Source of the DNA: Nitrosopumilaceae archaeon
Lineage (GTDB): Archaea > Thermoproteota > Nitrososphaeria > Nitrososphaerales > Nitrosopumilaceae
Assembly (NCBI GenBank): GCA_965203465.1
Contig: CBDBCR010000001.1
Location: forward strand, 864,001-928,000
Length of the DNA: 64,000 nt
Direction: 5' to 3'
Position 1 is the first letter of the stretch. The number at the start of each line of letters is the position of its first letter. Position numbers and translations under genes: made by a program. Positions 29,894-39,333 of the stretch are shown piece by piece. The notes beneath the pieces are model-generated. The model saw nothing but the letters and a program-made list of their open reading frames with translations, was not told the origin of the DNA and did not search any database.

Positions 29894-30880
29894 ATGGACG
29901 AGAATGAGCGCGCCGCGGCCGAGCGGGTCGCCGGAGCGGCAGAGGCGGGCGGCGCGCCGGCCCGCGCCGAGCCGCGCCCGGACGGACGCGCGGCCCCCTC
30001 CCCGCACGCCGTCTTCGGCGGGTTTGAAAAATTGCGGCAGAGACGCCAGCGGGAGTTCATAGCGCGACACATCGGGGCGTACGATCTTTTCGAGCGCCTG
30101 ATGGAGTTCCAGCACTACGTTCACGGAGAGGTTTCGAAAAAGCACTCAGAATCTGCGAGCCGCCGGACGGGCAGGGCCACGGACTACATATTGACGGAGA
30201 TCTTTCTTTTGGGCGTGCTGAACCAGAACATCGATTACGTATTTTCGGCGTGGCGCGCCCTAGAACACGGCCTCCCCCACATCTGCGGGAGCCTTATGCG
30301 CAACGTGGTCGAATCCGTCCCCAAATCGTTCTATCTTTTGGCCAACCCGCACGCCGTCAAAAAATTCAGGTTGGGTGAGATGTATCTGACATACAAGTCT
30401 GAAAATCCGCCGGCAAAGAACAGCTATCTGGCCACCGAGTTTCTCAAATCTCAAAAGGCTCAAAGAGCCCTCGACGGAGAGCAGATCAAGTCAGAAGCGT
30501 TTCTAGAGTTTTTCTACGGACACAAGCACCTAGACATCTGCGAAAAGATCTACGACAAAGATGCCGTTCAGCGTCAAAGAAAGCTCTATTCCGTGCTCAG
30601 TTCTAGTTCCCACGCGTCCATGGATAGGTTCGCGACTCCCTCGCGCGACCCTGTATTGGATGGGAGTTTTGCAAAGATGCTCACCGATCTGTCTTTTTTC
30701 AGCCTGCTTCTGACGGCCAACTCCCAGCACCGGTTGCTGCGCGACATGGGGCTGGTACGGGACGTCGAGCGGTTCGTCAACGCGGCTTGGCGCGACTTGG
30801 GCCGCCCGGATCCGCTCACCGACATGTATCCGGACGAGCCCGAATACCGGGACTGCCTGCCGCTAAAGCTCCCGCCGTGA
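29894..30880 (+). CDS. DUF5677-like protein, paralog 2
   Basis: SLMRNVVE...YSVLSSSSH; TATATTA upstream. Confidence 0.8.
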   Translation: MDENERAAAERVAGAAEAGGAPARAEPRPDGRAAPSPHAVFGGFEKLRQRRQREFIARHIGAYDLFERLMEFQHYVHGEVSKKHSESASRRTGRATDYILTEIFLLGVLNQNIDYVFSAWRALEHGLPHICGSLMRNVVESVPKSFYLLANPHAVKKFRLGEMYLTYKSENPPAKNSYLATEFLKSQKAQRALDGEQIKSEAFLEFFYGHKHLDICEKIYDKDAVQRQRKLYSVLSSSSHASMDRFATPSRDPVLDGSFAKMLTDLSFFSLLLTANSQHRLLRDMGLVRDVERFVNAAWRDLGRPDPLTDMYPDEPEYRDCLPLKLPP

Positions 30881-31018
30881 TTTCCGCGTAGCCCGGGCCG
30901 GAGCCGGCGCGCGGCCAGCCTGCATACCTGCAAAGACGCTCGCGGGCCGTCCAGACGCGGATCGCCGGTGCGGCCCCAGATCGCAAAGGCACATTACGCC
31001 CTGACGAAAGGCGTTCGC

Positions 31019-31990
31019 GTGCAACACGAAGTGAAAAGTTCGTTGGCAGGCCGCCCGCACGTCGTCATATTGGGCGCTGGGGCGAGCCGCGCGGCGTGCC
31101 CGGAAGGCGACAAGAACGGGGAAAAACTCCCCCTGATGAAAGACCTCGCAGAGGTCGTAGGGGTCAAGGACATGCTCCGAGGGTGGGGGATCGACTGCGG
31201 GAGGAACTTCGAGTACATCTTCAGCGAGCTGTACGAAAAGGGCGAGGCGGGCAAGATAAAAGAGTTGCAACGCAGGGTGGAATCTTACTTTGTCGGGCTG
31301 GAGCTTCCCGACGAGCCTGCGCTCTACGATCTATTGGTGCTCTCGCTCGGAAAAAACGACATCATCGTGACGTTCAACTGGGATCCGCTGCTGGCTATGG
31401 CGATGGAACGGAACGTGCAGTCGGGCCTGGCCATGCCACAAGAGGTGTATCCGCACGGCAACGTGAGGATCGGGTACTGCGAGCGGGACAAAAAGTACGA
31501 CAGCGCCGGGCGTCGGTGAACGACGTGCGGAGAGCCGTACAAAAACACCCCGCGGCTCTACCCGATCAGGCAGAAAGACTACGACAAGGAGCCTTTCATC
31601 CGGGCCCAGTGGGCTACCGCGCAGCGGGGGCTGAGGCAGGCGCCCGTGCTGACCGTCTTTGGGTACAGCGCCCCGAAAACGGACGTCGCGGCTGTCAAGC
31701 TCGTGCGGGACGCGTGGAAGAACAACAAACTGCGCGAGATAGCGGAGGTCGAATTCATAGTCGGCCCGGATGCTGTACCCGAGGAGGTGGAAAAGGCGTG
31801 GGAACCCATCATAGGCACGAACCACTACCGGGTACTCGAGCGTTTCTCCGAATCCTCGATAGCGCACTATCCGAGAAGGACATGCGAGGCGTACTACGAG
31901 AGGTCCGTGGCCGGAAGGCCCGTCAAGACAAACCCGGTACCGGACAATCTGGGGCTTGAGCGGTTGTGGGAGTGGATGCGGCGCCTCTAA
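31019..31990 (+). pseudogene. SIR2-like protein with in-frame TGA at 31517-31519
   Basis: VILGAGAS, TFNWD, PHGN, VFGYSAPKTD; both halves are in the same frame. Confidence 0.8.
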
Positions 31991-32045
31991 AGGCCAGAGC
32001 AGGCGGATCGTCGCGGGATTCTGGGCCGGCCGCGCAAGGCAGGCG

Positions 32046-32633
32046 CTAGTTCGCGCTTTCTCCCAGATCGAAATACAGCATGTTCGGGGCGCCTTTTTTG
32101 GCCGTGCGCCAGCGCTTCAGCCGCGACAGGATGCCTGAACCGGACGCGCCCGGAACGCCAGTCTTTGCGTGCACGAAGCCGATCTTTTCGTAAAATCCCC
32201 CCACTTCCGGGTCGGCGCCGACCACCACTATCCTGCAGCCAATATTTTCGGCAAGATCCCTGGCGTAGTCGATGGCCCACAAGACCATGTTCCTGCCCAC
32301 GCCCCTGCGCTCGTATTCTTCGTGCGTGGCCAAGTGGCTTATCACCAGCCCGGGAACCGGCCCGTACGTGTCTATGTTGAGGCGCTTTTGCTCGGTATCT
32401 GGCACGTGGGCTGCCGCCAGCACGATGTACCCCACAATCCGGCCTTCGTGCATGAAGGCATAAGTCCGCCCCATGCCGACGCTTTGATCGTACAGCGCGC
32501 TTACCCGCAGATACTCTTCAAACTCCGGATCGGAGCACCTGAAATCCCCGAGATTCTCGGTCCCGGTTATCTTTTGGGGACAGAGCTGGTCGTGCCCGAT
32601 AGGTTCGCGCGCCAATTCACACCCCCGCAGCAC
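32046..32633 (-). CDS. GNAT acetyltransferase toxin (AtaT/TacT-like)
   Basis: FRCSDPEFEEYL, PGLVISHLA, RRGVG, FYEKIGF. Confidence 0.85.
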   Translation of the reverse strand: MLRGCELAREPIGHDQLCPQKITGTENLGDFRCSDPEFEEYLRVSALYDQSVGMGRTYAFMHEGRIVGYIVLAAAHVPDTEQKRLNIDTYGPVPGLVISHLATHEEYERRGVGRNMVLWAIDYARDLAENIGCRIVVVGADPEVGGFYEKIGFVHAKTGVPGASGSGILSRLKRWRTAKKGAPNMLYFDLGESAN

Positions 32634-32666
32634 GACAAAATATGCGCCGGGGCCGCCCGCGGGCGG

Positions 32667-32825
32667 CTAGTCGCGGCGAACCGCGTCCGGCACTTTGGTG
32701 TGCTTGGACCACTTTCTGGCCTCCTTCATAATCTCCCTCTGCTTGGGGGTCTGGCCTTTTTTCAGGTTCTCCACCATGGTCTTCCACTCTTCCGAGCTCA
32801 GGGGCTTGGGGTACCTCAATACCAT
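32667..32825 (-). CDS. 52-aa putative antitoxin
   Basis: MVLRYPKPLSSEEWKTMVENLKKGQTPKQREIMKEARKW..., directly upstream of the GNAT gene; resembles the DUF1778 C-terminus; not in the ORF track. Confidence 0.65.
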   Translation of the reverse strand: MVLRYPKPLSSEEWKTMVENLKKGQTPKQREIMKEARKWSKHTKVPDAVRRD

Positions 32826-34048
32826 GCGCCGGCCCCGGAAGCGTTCTTTTTTATGTGTATGCCGGCCCGGCGCTGGAACTTAGGCGGACCTAATTTCGAT
32901 ATAAGAGACGGCCCGGCGCTGGAAAAGGCAAGGCAGGCACGGGCGCCGAGATCCGCGATGGGCTGCGGGGCATCCGGGTTGCCAGGTTGCGAATGCGCGG
33001 GCAGGTCGCCTGAACGGGCCCGCCGCTTCAAGAGTTATAAGGCACTAAGGTACCCTACGGTACGAAATGAGAACCAACAGGCGCCACCATACGGTCTCCC
33101 GCTTCTACCTGAAGGTAACTGTTCACGTAGTGCCTGAATTTTCACCCCTTGGTGAATTTTTTTGACAGCAGCGATCTAAATACTAGTACGTTTTACGCCA
33201 GCCGTTGGATTGCAGGGAAGCGACCCGCAAGTGCGCCGAGTGGAAGCACAAGTTCAAGGGGGCAAGGACCGAGCTGCAGCAGGTCAAGATGCGGCTGAAC
33301 GTCGAGACGGACAGGGCCGACCGGGCCGAGCGCGACAAGCTGCGCTCGGATGCCGAGAATGCGCTCCTCAGGCAGGCGCTCGAAGACGAGAGGGAGGCGA
33401 GGCTCAAGTCCGACGACAGGTCGGCGCGGCTCGCCCGCAGGGTGAAGGAGCTGGAAAAGATCAACAAGATCCACGACAACGCGCACACCCCGTCGTCCAA
33501 GATGACGTACACCCAGAAAATGATCGCCGCCAAAAAGAACAGGGACAGGCCCAAGTCCGGCAGGAAGCAGGGCGCGCAAAAGGGACACCCGGGCAAGACC
33601 AGCAAGCCCGAGCCCACCGAGTTCGAGGAGCACACGATGAGCGAGTGCCCCAACTGCGGGTCCGACAGCATAAAGAACACCGGGCAAAAGACCCGCAACG
33701 TCACGGAGTCTCCTCCCCCCGCGAAGCCGGTCACCACGCGCCACACGATAAACGTCTACGAATGCTGCCGGTGCGGCCAAAAGGGCATGGAGCCCGACGC
33801 CGGCCTGCCGAGCGCCGGCGAGCTGGGCCGCAACGCGTGCGGGCGCGTCGTGAGCAACTTCGACGACCGCCTGACGCACAGGATGAACGCCCGCAGGATG
33901 GGCCGGGACGGCCTGGCGGTCTCCGTAGGCACGGTAAGCAACGTGCTGGCCAGGGCGGGCCGCAACATGAAGCCGTTCGTCGAGGCCATGATCCTGGCCA
34001 TGCAGCGCGCCGGCGTGCTGCACATCGACGAGACGTCGTTCAAACTCA

Positions 34049-35474
34049 ATCCATGTGCCCTACCTATAAGACTTGCACTCTAGCCGACGCCTAGCAGTCT
34101 ATAGCATACGCTCAGTGACGTTCCTGGCCTCCACGGCCCGTAGATGAAGTTCGGACAGTCATCCATTCGAGGCGATGCTTCCATCCCTCAGGATCATTCT
34201 TCATCCCTTTGTCAGGATATTATGTAAATACAGGGCCGGGGCCTAGGGTTTCCCCTAGCCGCCACTGAGTTTCCCACAACTTAATTCCTGACCGTAATTC
34301 GGCACGAACGCCCGGTTTTCCCTGAGCATCCAGTAAATCGTCTTTAATATTTTCGCGGCGGCGGCCACCGCCGCCTTCGCCATCCCCCTCTTCTCCGCAA
34401 GGCGCCTGTAGAATATCGAAATGTCGGAGTCTGGCGCGTAGCGCACGTGCGCGTGCAGGCACTCGGTCAGCACCCACCTCAGTATGGAGCTGCCGCGGTG
34501 GGTTATCGGCCCGTAATGGACCGCGTCTCCGGACGATCTTACGGACGGGACCATCCCCGCGTAAGCGCACAGCTTTGCCGCGCGCACGAACCTGCCGATG
34601 TCGTCGATCTCCGAGTCGATCACGAGCGCGGAATAGTCGCCTATGCCTGGGATCGTCTTTATGATCTGCGCGGCCGGGCTCTGCTTCACCGCGTCGCGTA
34701 TCCTTCCGTTCATCCTCGCAATCTGGAGGTTGAGGGAGTCTATCAATTCCAAGAACGCGTTTATCCTGTAGTTTTCGAGCGCCCGGACCTGCCTGATCCA
34801 GCCTTCGCTGAACGGGGTTCCCTTGGGCCGCACGTGCGACTGGAGCAGTATGGCGTGTATGGAGTTTTTCATGGCGGTGCGCGTGTGCGTCAGTTTCTGG
34901 CGGTGGCGCACCAAGTCCCTGTTCTTCATGTTGGTCTCCGACGCCACGTGGCATGTGGCCAGGTACCCGCCCCTCCCCATGTCGGCCAGGGTGAACGCGT
35001 CCACCTTGTCGGTCTTTTTCTTGGACTCTGCGATCACCCTGTTCAGGTACGGGTTCGTCAGTTTCACGTCGAGCCCGAGATTGTCGCGTATGTAGAAAAA
35101 CGTCGCCTTCCACACCGACGACGATTCGAGGAACACCTGCGCGTCCTTCGGGATGTCCTTCATCGCCTTCCCGATGGCTTCGGGGGTGTTCGGTATGCTT
35201 CCGTTGCCTATCTCGCTCCCTCCCTCCGTCATGCAGCATATCTGTATGGTCTTTTTGTGTACGTCGAGCCCGACGAATTTTACGTCCATCATGCGGTCGG
35301 AAAAATTTTCCCTAATTTTTTTGTTTGCGTTTGCCTTGGCGGGCCGCCTTCGGCCGGCGGCCTTCGCGCCAGAGGGCGGCGACGGCCTCCCAGCCCTGCG
35401 GGCCGGCCCTACCCGGACCGGATGCCCCTTGTCGCAGGAATCATCTGAATCCCTCCCTTGCCGCACATAGGATT
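34049..35474 (-). mobile_element. IS110-family element
   Basis: Removing it restores IS66 codons CTC-AAC-GGC; no TSD; terminal near-IR AATCC(T)ATGTGC; ~180 and ~205 nt non-coding ends. Confidence 0.92.
34255..35292 (-). CDS. IS110 recombinase (DEDD)
   Basis: GLDVHK, FLESS, KTDKVDA, IPGIG, YAGMVPSVRSSG. Confidence 0.95.
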   Translation of the reverse strand: MMDVKFVGLDVHKKTIQICCMTEGGSEIGNGSIPNTPEAIGKAMKDIPKDAQVFLESSSVWKATFFYIRDNLGLDVKLTNPYLNRVIAESKKKTDKVDAFTLADMGRGGYLATCHVASETNMKNRDLVRHRQKLTHTRTAMKNSIHAILLQSHVRPKGTPFSEGWIRQVRALENYRINAFLELIDSLNLQIARMNGRIRDAVKQSPAAQIIKTIPGIGDYSALVIDSEIDDIGRFVRAAKLCAYAGMVPSVRSSGDAVHYGPITHRGSSILRWVLTECLHAHVRYAPDSDISIFYRRLAEKRGMAKAAVAAAAKILKTIYWMLRENRAFVPNYGQELSCGKLSGG

Positions 35475-37860
35475 ACGGCGAGCTCGTCTGGGTGTGGATC
35501 TTCCTCGACCCTCTGACGGGCAACTCGCTGTTCGTGGTGCGCCCGAGCAGGGGGCGCGACGTGCTGCGCGACGTGCTGCCCGGATTCAGGGGAGTGATCG
35601 TCTGCGACGGGTGGAGGTCGTACAACGGGTGGAGGCGCCAGCGCTGCTGGGCGCACATCCTGCGCGAGGCCAGGTACCTGCTCCGGGCGCACCCCGACAG
35701 CGCGGCCGCGCGCGACATACTCGAGAGGCTGCGCGGCGTCTTCGAGACCGCGTGCGGCGCGTCCGGAAAGCGCATGAGCAAGGCCAGGCGCGCCCGCGTC
35801 CGCGCGGCGCTGCTGGGCCACGTGCGGCGCATCATAGACGACAACTGGGGCAGCTCGGTCTCGCGGCCGTTCCTCGGCAAGCTGGAAGGCGCGGCCGACG
35901 ACCTGTTCGCGTTCGTGCTGGACCCGCGCATACAGCCGACCAACAACGCGGCCGAGCGCGGCCTGCGCGAGATAGTCATCCACCGCAAGATCCGCGGCAG
36001 CCTCAGGGCGGAGGAGAGTATGGAGATCTACGGCAACATCTTCACGTGCATCGCCACCTGGAAGAACCAGGGCCTGGACTACGTGAAGGAGCTGCTGCCG
36101 TACGCGTAAACGGGCCTAAACGACGTGAACAGTTACACCTGAAGTATTTTGCCGCCGCCGACAAGGTCATGATTTACCAGTTTGACAAACTGAAAAACGA
36201 ATGCGTGCGCACGGACGTCGACAACGTCGACGTCCACCGAGATTTCTACCTGGAAGAGATCCTGTCGCAGTTTGAGACCGTGCAGGCGCCGTCCATGCGC
36301 AGGCTCATCAAAGGCAAAAGCTACTACGCCCTCGGCGAGACGGATCGATACAACGTGCGCCTTTTTGTCAAACACATGGGGGTGCGGACCGAACAGGCGC
36401 GGTACGACATCCTGCCCCTGGCAGGCCAGCTTGCCAGATACTCGCCCGCAAGCAAGATCCCAGATCCGCGCCACGCGCAAAACGACATGATCCGGGACGG
36501 AGACGCGCTGCGAGAGATGCATTTCACCGTGGTAGAGAACAAGACCGGCGTGCCGTTCATCACGTCGGACAACCCGGTCGCTGATTTCCTCATCGAGTCC
36601 CACCTGCCGCTGACGCCGGAACTCAGTCTTGCGCTTCACCACGGAGGCGTTTTCAAGAAAGCCGAGCGCGTGGAACTGCGGGACGAAAGGCACGTACGCT
36701 ACCAAAACCTCGTGCAGCTGTGCAACGCCGGCAGGTTCGCGCACTCTCGGTCTGAATTCTGGCCGAGCCGGGAAACGCTCGACGTGGCGCGAAACTGGAG
36801 AAAAGTCAGCAGGTACGGCGAGCACAATTTTTGCAACGCCCGCTGCGTCAAGCCCCGGTCGTTGCCGGGCGCACTGCCGTACGAATTCGATCTGCTAAAC
36901 CCCGGCGACGCGCGGCTGCTCAGGGCCGTCCGAGACGGGACTTGGTTTGGGCGCTGGTCGCAGGACTATGTGGTGTTTCGGATGCTGCGGGCTGTCCTGC
37001 TCGAGCGCAGGCGCGCAGGCCAAATGCCGGCGCGCCTGCCCGGGTGGGGAAGCGCGGGCACGAGAGGCCTCGGAAACTCAGCAACGGGCAGGCTCGCAAA
37101 ATGCGGCGCGGACCTCTGGAATCTCGGGACTCGCTTTGGATAGCGGGGCGCGCCGCGGGGGCCGCCTGCCGTAGTCTGTAGGTACCCGTAGTTAAGCGGA
37201 CGGGCGCGCCGCCTTTTCCGGAGCACACCGCGTGTGTGCCCAGACCGCCACGCTGTCGCGCACGCAAGCCGCTTGGCACGGCATCTCGCATATCCGAATG
37301 CCTCGCGAGTTCGCCTCTATGGCCGACTCTGGAAGGAGCGCGGTGTCGCTCCAAGGGGCCTTCGGGCATGCAAACGACCTCCGTCCTTGCGGCCACGGCC
37401 CCGTTCAGGTTCCGCATATCGGGCCAAAGACCGCCTGCGCCAATGCGCGGTACTCTAACGGAGACATGCCCTCAACAGGGGCCGGTCCGCCCGAGAGCCG
37501 GGCGCGCGCCTCGAGCCGGATGCGGCGCCTACAGAGCGCGGCGCCCGCGCCGAATCCTGGGACTCAAAGTCTACTGCCGCGTCTATGTGTCGGGCAACCC
37601 GCCGATCCGAACGGAGAATTCGCCTACGGATAAAACCTGCGCGTCTGCGAACTCCTGTCCCATCCGACCAAACGATCCAAATCGCCCAAGTGGTGCCCTT
37701 CCTCTTTGTGGACACGCATACCGGCAGATTCAAAGCTGCGCGACAGTCGCAAACAACGATCGCTCAATCCGTAACACAGATATGACCACGCTTTTTTAAT
37801 TATCATGCGGTATGGGTTCGGCGTTCGGTATATATGTATAGCGATCGCGGCGTTGCGTTC

Positions 37861-39032
37861 TATAGTCCCAAAAGTAGTCCACCCCCCCGCCAGAGGGGAA
37901 GCCGCCCGGGGCGCTACTGGAGTGGAAATGGAGGTGGGTGGGTGTGACTGGCCGCCGGTTTGAGGCATATAGGGCCAAGCCGCGCGTGCAGGCCGTGAAG
38001 CGCCTCAAGGAATCGCAGGTGAGGTGGTTAGTCCGGGAAAAGTGCAAGGGCAACCGGGCCAACGCCGAAATCGCATCTGCCATGAAGGTGTCCGTCTCGT
38101 GGGTGCAAAAGATCGCCAGGCGGTACCGGGGAGTCCGGCCTGCCGACATAGTCCATTTGCTGCCCATGGGCAGGCCGGCATCGACGCTGCTCGGCAGAAG
38201 GGAGCACTCGGCCGTCCTGTCCGCCAAGGAACGGCTCAGGCACGGGGCAGGCAAGATCGAGGGAGAGATCGGGAGGCGCACGGGAATACATATCCCGCAC
38301 AACGCCGTACACGGGGTGTTGCGGGACGAGGAACTGGCCGAGAGGAATCCGAAAAAGAGCAGGAGGCGCAAGTGGGTCAGGTACGAGCGCAGGTACTCAA
38401 ACTCGATGTGGCACACGGACTATGCGGAGCTTACGGATGGAAGCTGGTTCCTCGCTTACATGGACGATGCTTCACGTTACATCACCGGATATGGAATATT
38501 TTCCAACGCTACCAGCGCCCACGCCATCGAGGCGCTGCGCGAGGCGGTGGCCAAGCACGGCAAGCCGGCCGCCATACTGACGGACCGCGGGGCGCAGTTC
38601 TACGCCCACGAGTCGGAGGGCAAGAAGCGCGGCAAGACCGAATTCCAAAAAGAGCTCGACCGGCTGGGGATCCGGCACATACTGGCCCGCGTCAACCACC
38701 CCCAGACCAACGGCAAGCTGGAAAGGTTCCACCGGGAGCTGAAAAAGCACCTGCCGTCTTTCGAGGCAGAATCGGCCATGTCGCGCGCCGGGCGGAAGGT
38801 CTCCCACGTCGGGGGCCCGTTCCACACCCTCGGTCCTCAAGACCCCATCGAGATGCTGATCGACTGGTACAACAACGATCGGTGCCACGCCTCCCTGGAC
38901 GTAGACTCGGGCGAGACGCCAGCTGGGGCGTTCGCCAGGAAGATGGCCCCCAAGGAGGTGTCTTTGGCTGATGTTGAGGCCGAGGAAGGCGCTCGGTGAG
39001 GGGGGGGGGGTGGACTACTTTAGGATACTACA
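37861..39032 (+). mobile_element. IS481/IS1202-like element, complete
   Basis: Imperfect TIRs with core AAAGTAGTCCACCCCCCC; right end ...ACA; flanking direct repeat ATCGCGGCGTTGCGT (37844-37858, 39033-39047). Confidence 0.9.
37995..38999 (+). CDS. DDE (rve) transposase
   Basis: WHTD, MDDASR, TDRGAQF, PQTNGKLERF, WYNNDRCH. Confidence 0.93.
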   Translation: MKRLKESQVRWLVREKCKGNRANAEIASAMKVSVSWVQKIARRYRGVRPADIVHLLPMGRPASTLLGRREHSAVLSAKERLRHGAGKIEGEIGRRTGIHIPHNAVHGVLRDEELAERNPKKSRRRKWVRYERRYSNSMWHTDYAELTDGSWFLAYMDDASRYITGYGIFSNATSAHAIEALREAVAKHGKPAAILTDRGAQFYAHESEGKKRGKTEFQKELDRLGIRHILARVNHPQTNGKLERFHRELKKHLPSFEAESAMSRAGRKVSHVGGPFHTLGPQDPIEMLIDWYNNDRCHASLDVDSGETPAGAFARKMAPKEVSLADVEAEEGAR

Positions 39033-39333
39033 ATCGCGGCGTTGCGTGCCCGTACCCGACAAACACGGGCAGTTTGCCGGAGCCAAATACGGCGATGTCT
39101 TTGACACCGCGCGTATCCAATGTATGCTAAAGCATACAATAACATCTGATGAATAGTATCAGGCCGCCAGATTGGCGGCGCGTCCGGCGGGCGCTAACCG
39201 CACGCACCCGTAGCAAAACTCCGTCGTCCGCATCTTGCAACGCAGCCTGGGCATCAAGCACTGCGCGGCGGGCTGACGCCTGGGGCATCCGTCCCAACCA
39301 AGTACGGGGGCGGTACCGTATATAAAAGTATAA

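Larger units (their letters stand above)
33115..36136 (+). mobile_element. IS66-family element (single ORF), interrupted by IS110
   Basis: TIR GTAACTGTTCACGT at both ends; 8-bp TSD ACCTGAAG (33107-33114, 36137-36144); transposase 33205-34048 + 35475-36109 with HIDETS, QRCWAH, PTNNAAER. Confidence 0.95.
33067..37143 (+). pseudogene. DUF4238 protein interrupted by IS66 (33067-33114 joined to 36145-37143)
   Basis: MRTNRRHHTVSRFYLK|YFAAADK... is restored in frame on removing the IS and one TSD; FITSDNPV, LPLTPEL. Confidence 0.88.

Noticed and set aside
31517-31519. Selenocysteine recoding
   Set aside because: Structural zinc-site Cys, no SECIS recognised, and Sec is not known to me in this lineage; nonsense mutation is simpler.
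35458-37143. 561-aa ORF as one protein
   Set aside because: A chimera of an off-frame IS66 read and the 3' part of the DUF4238 gene.
37143-37840. Overlapping ORFs between DUF4238 and the IS
   Set aside because: No consistent frame or motif; probably decayed DNA.
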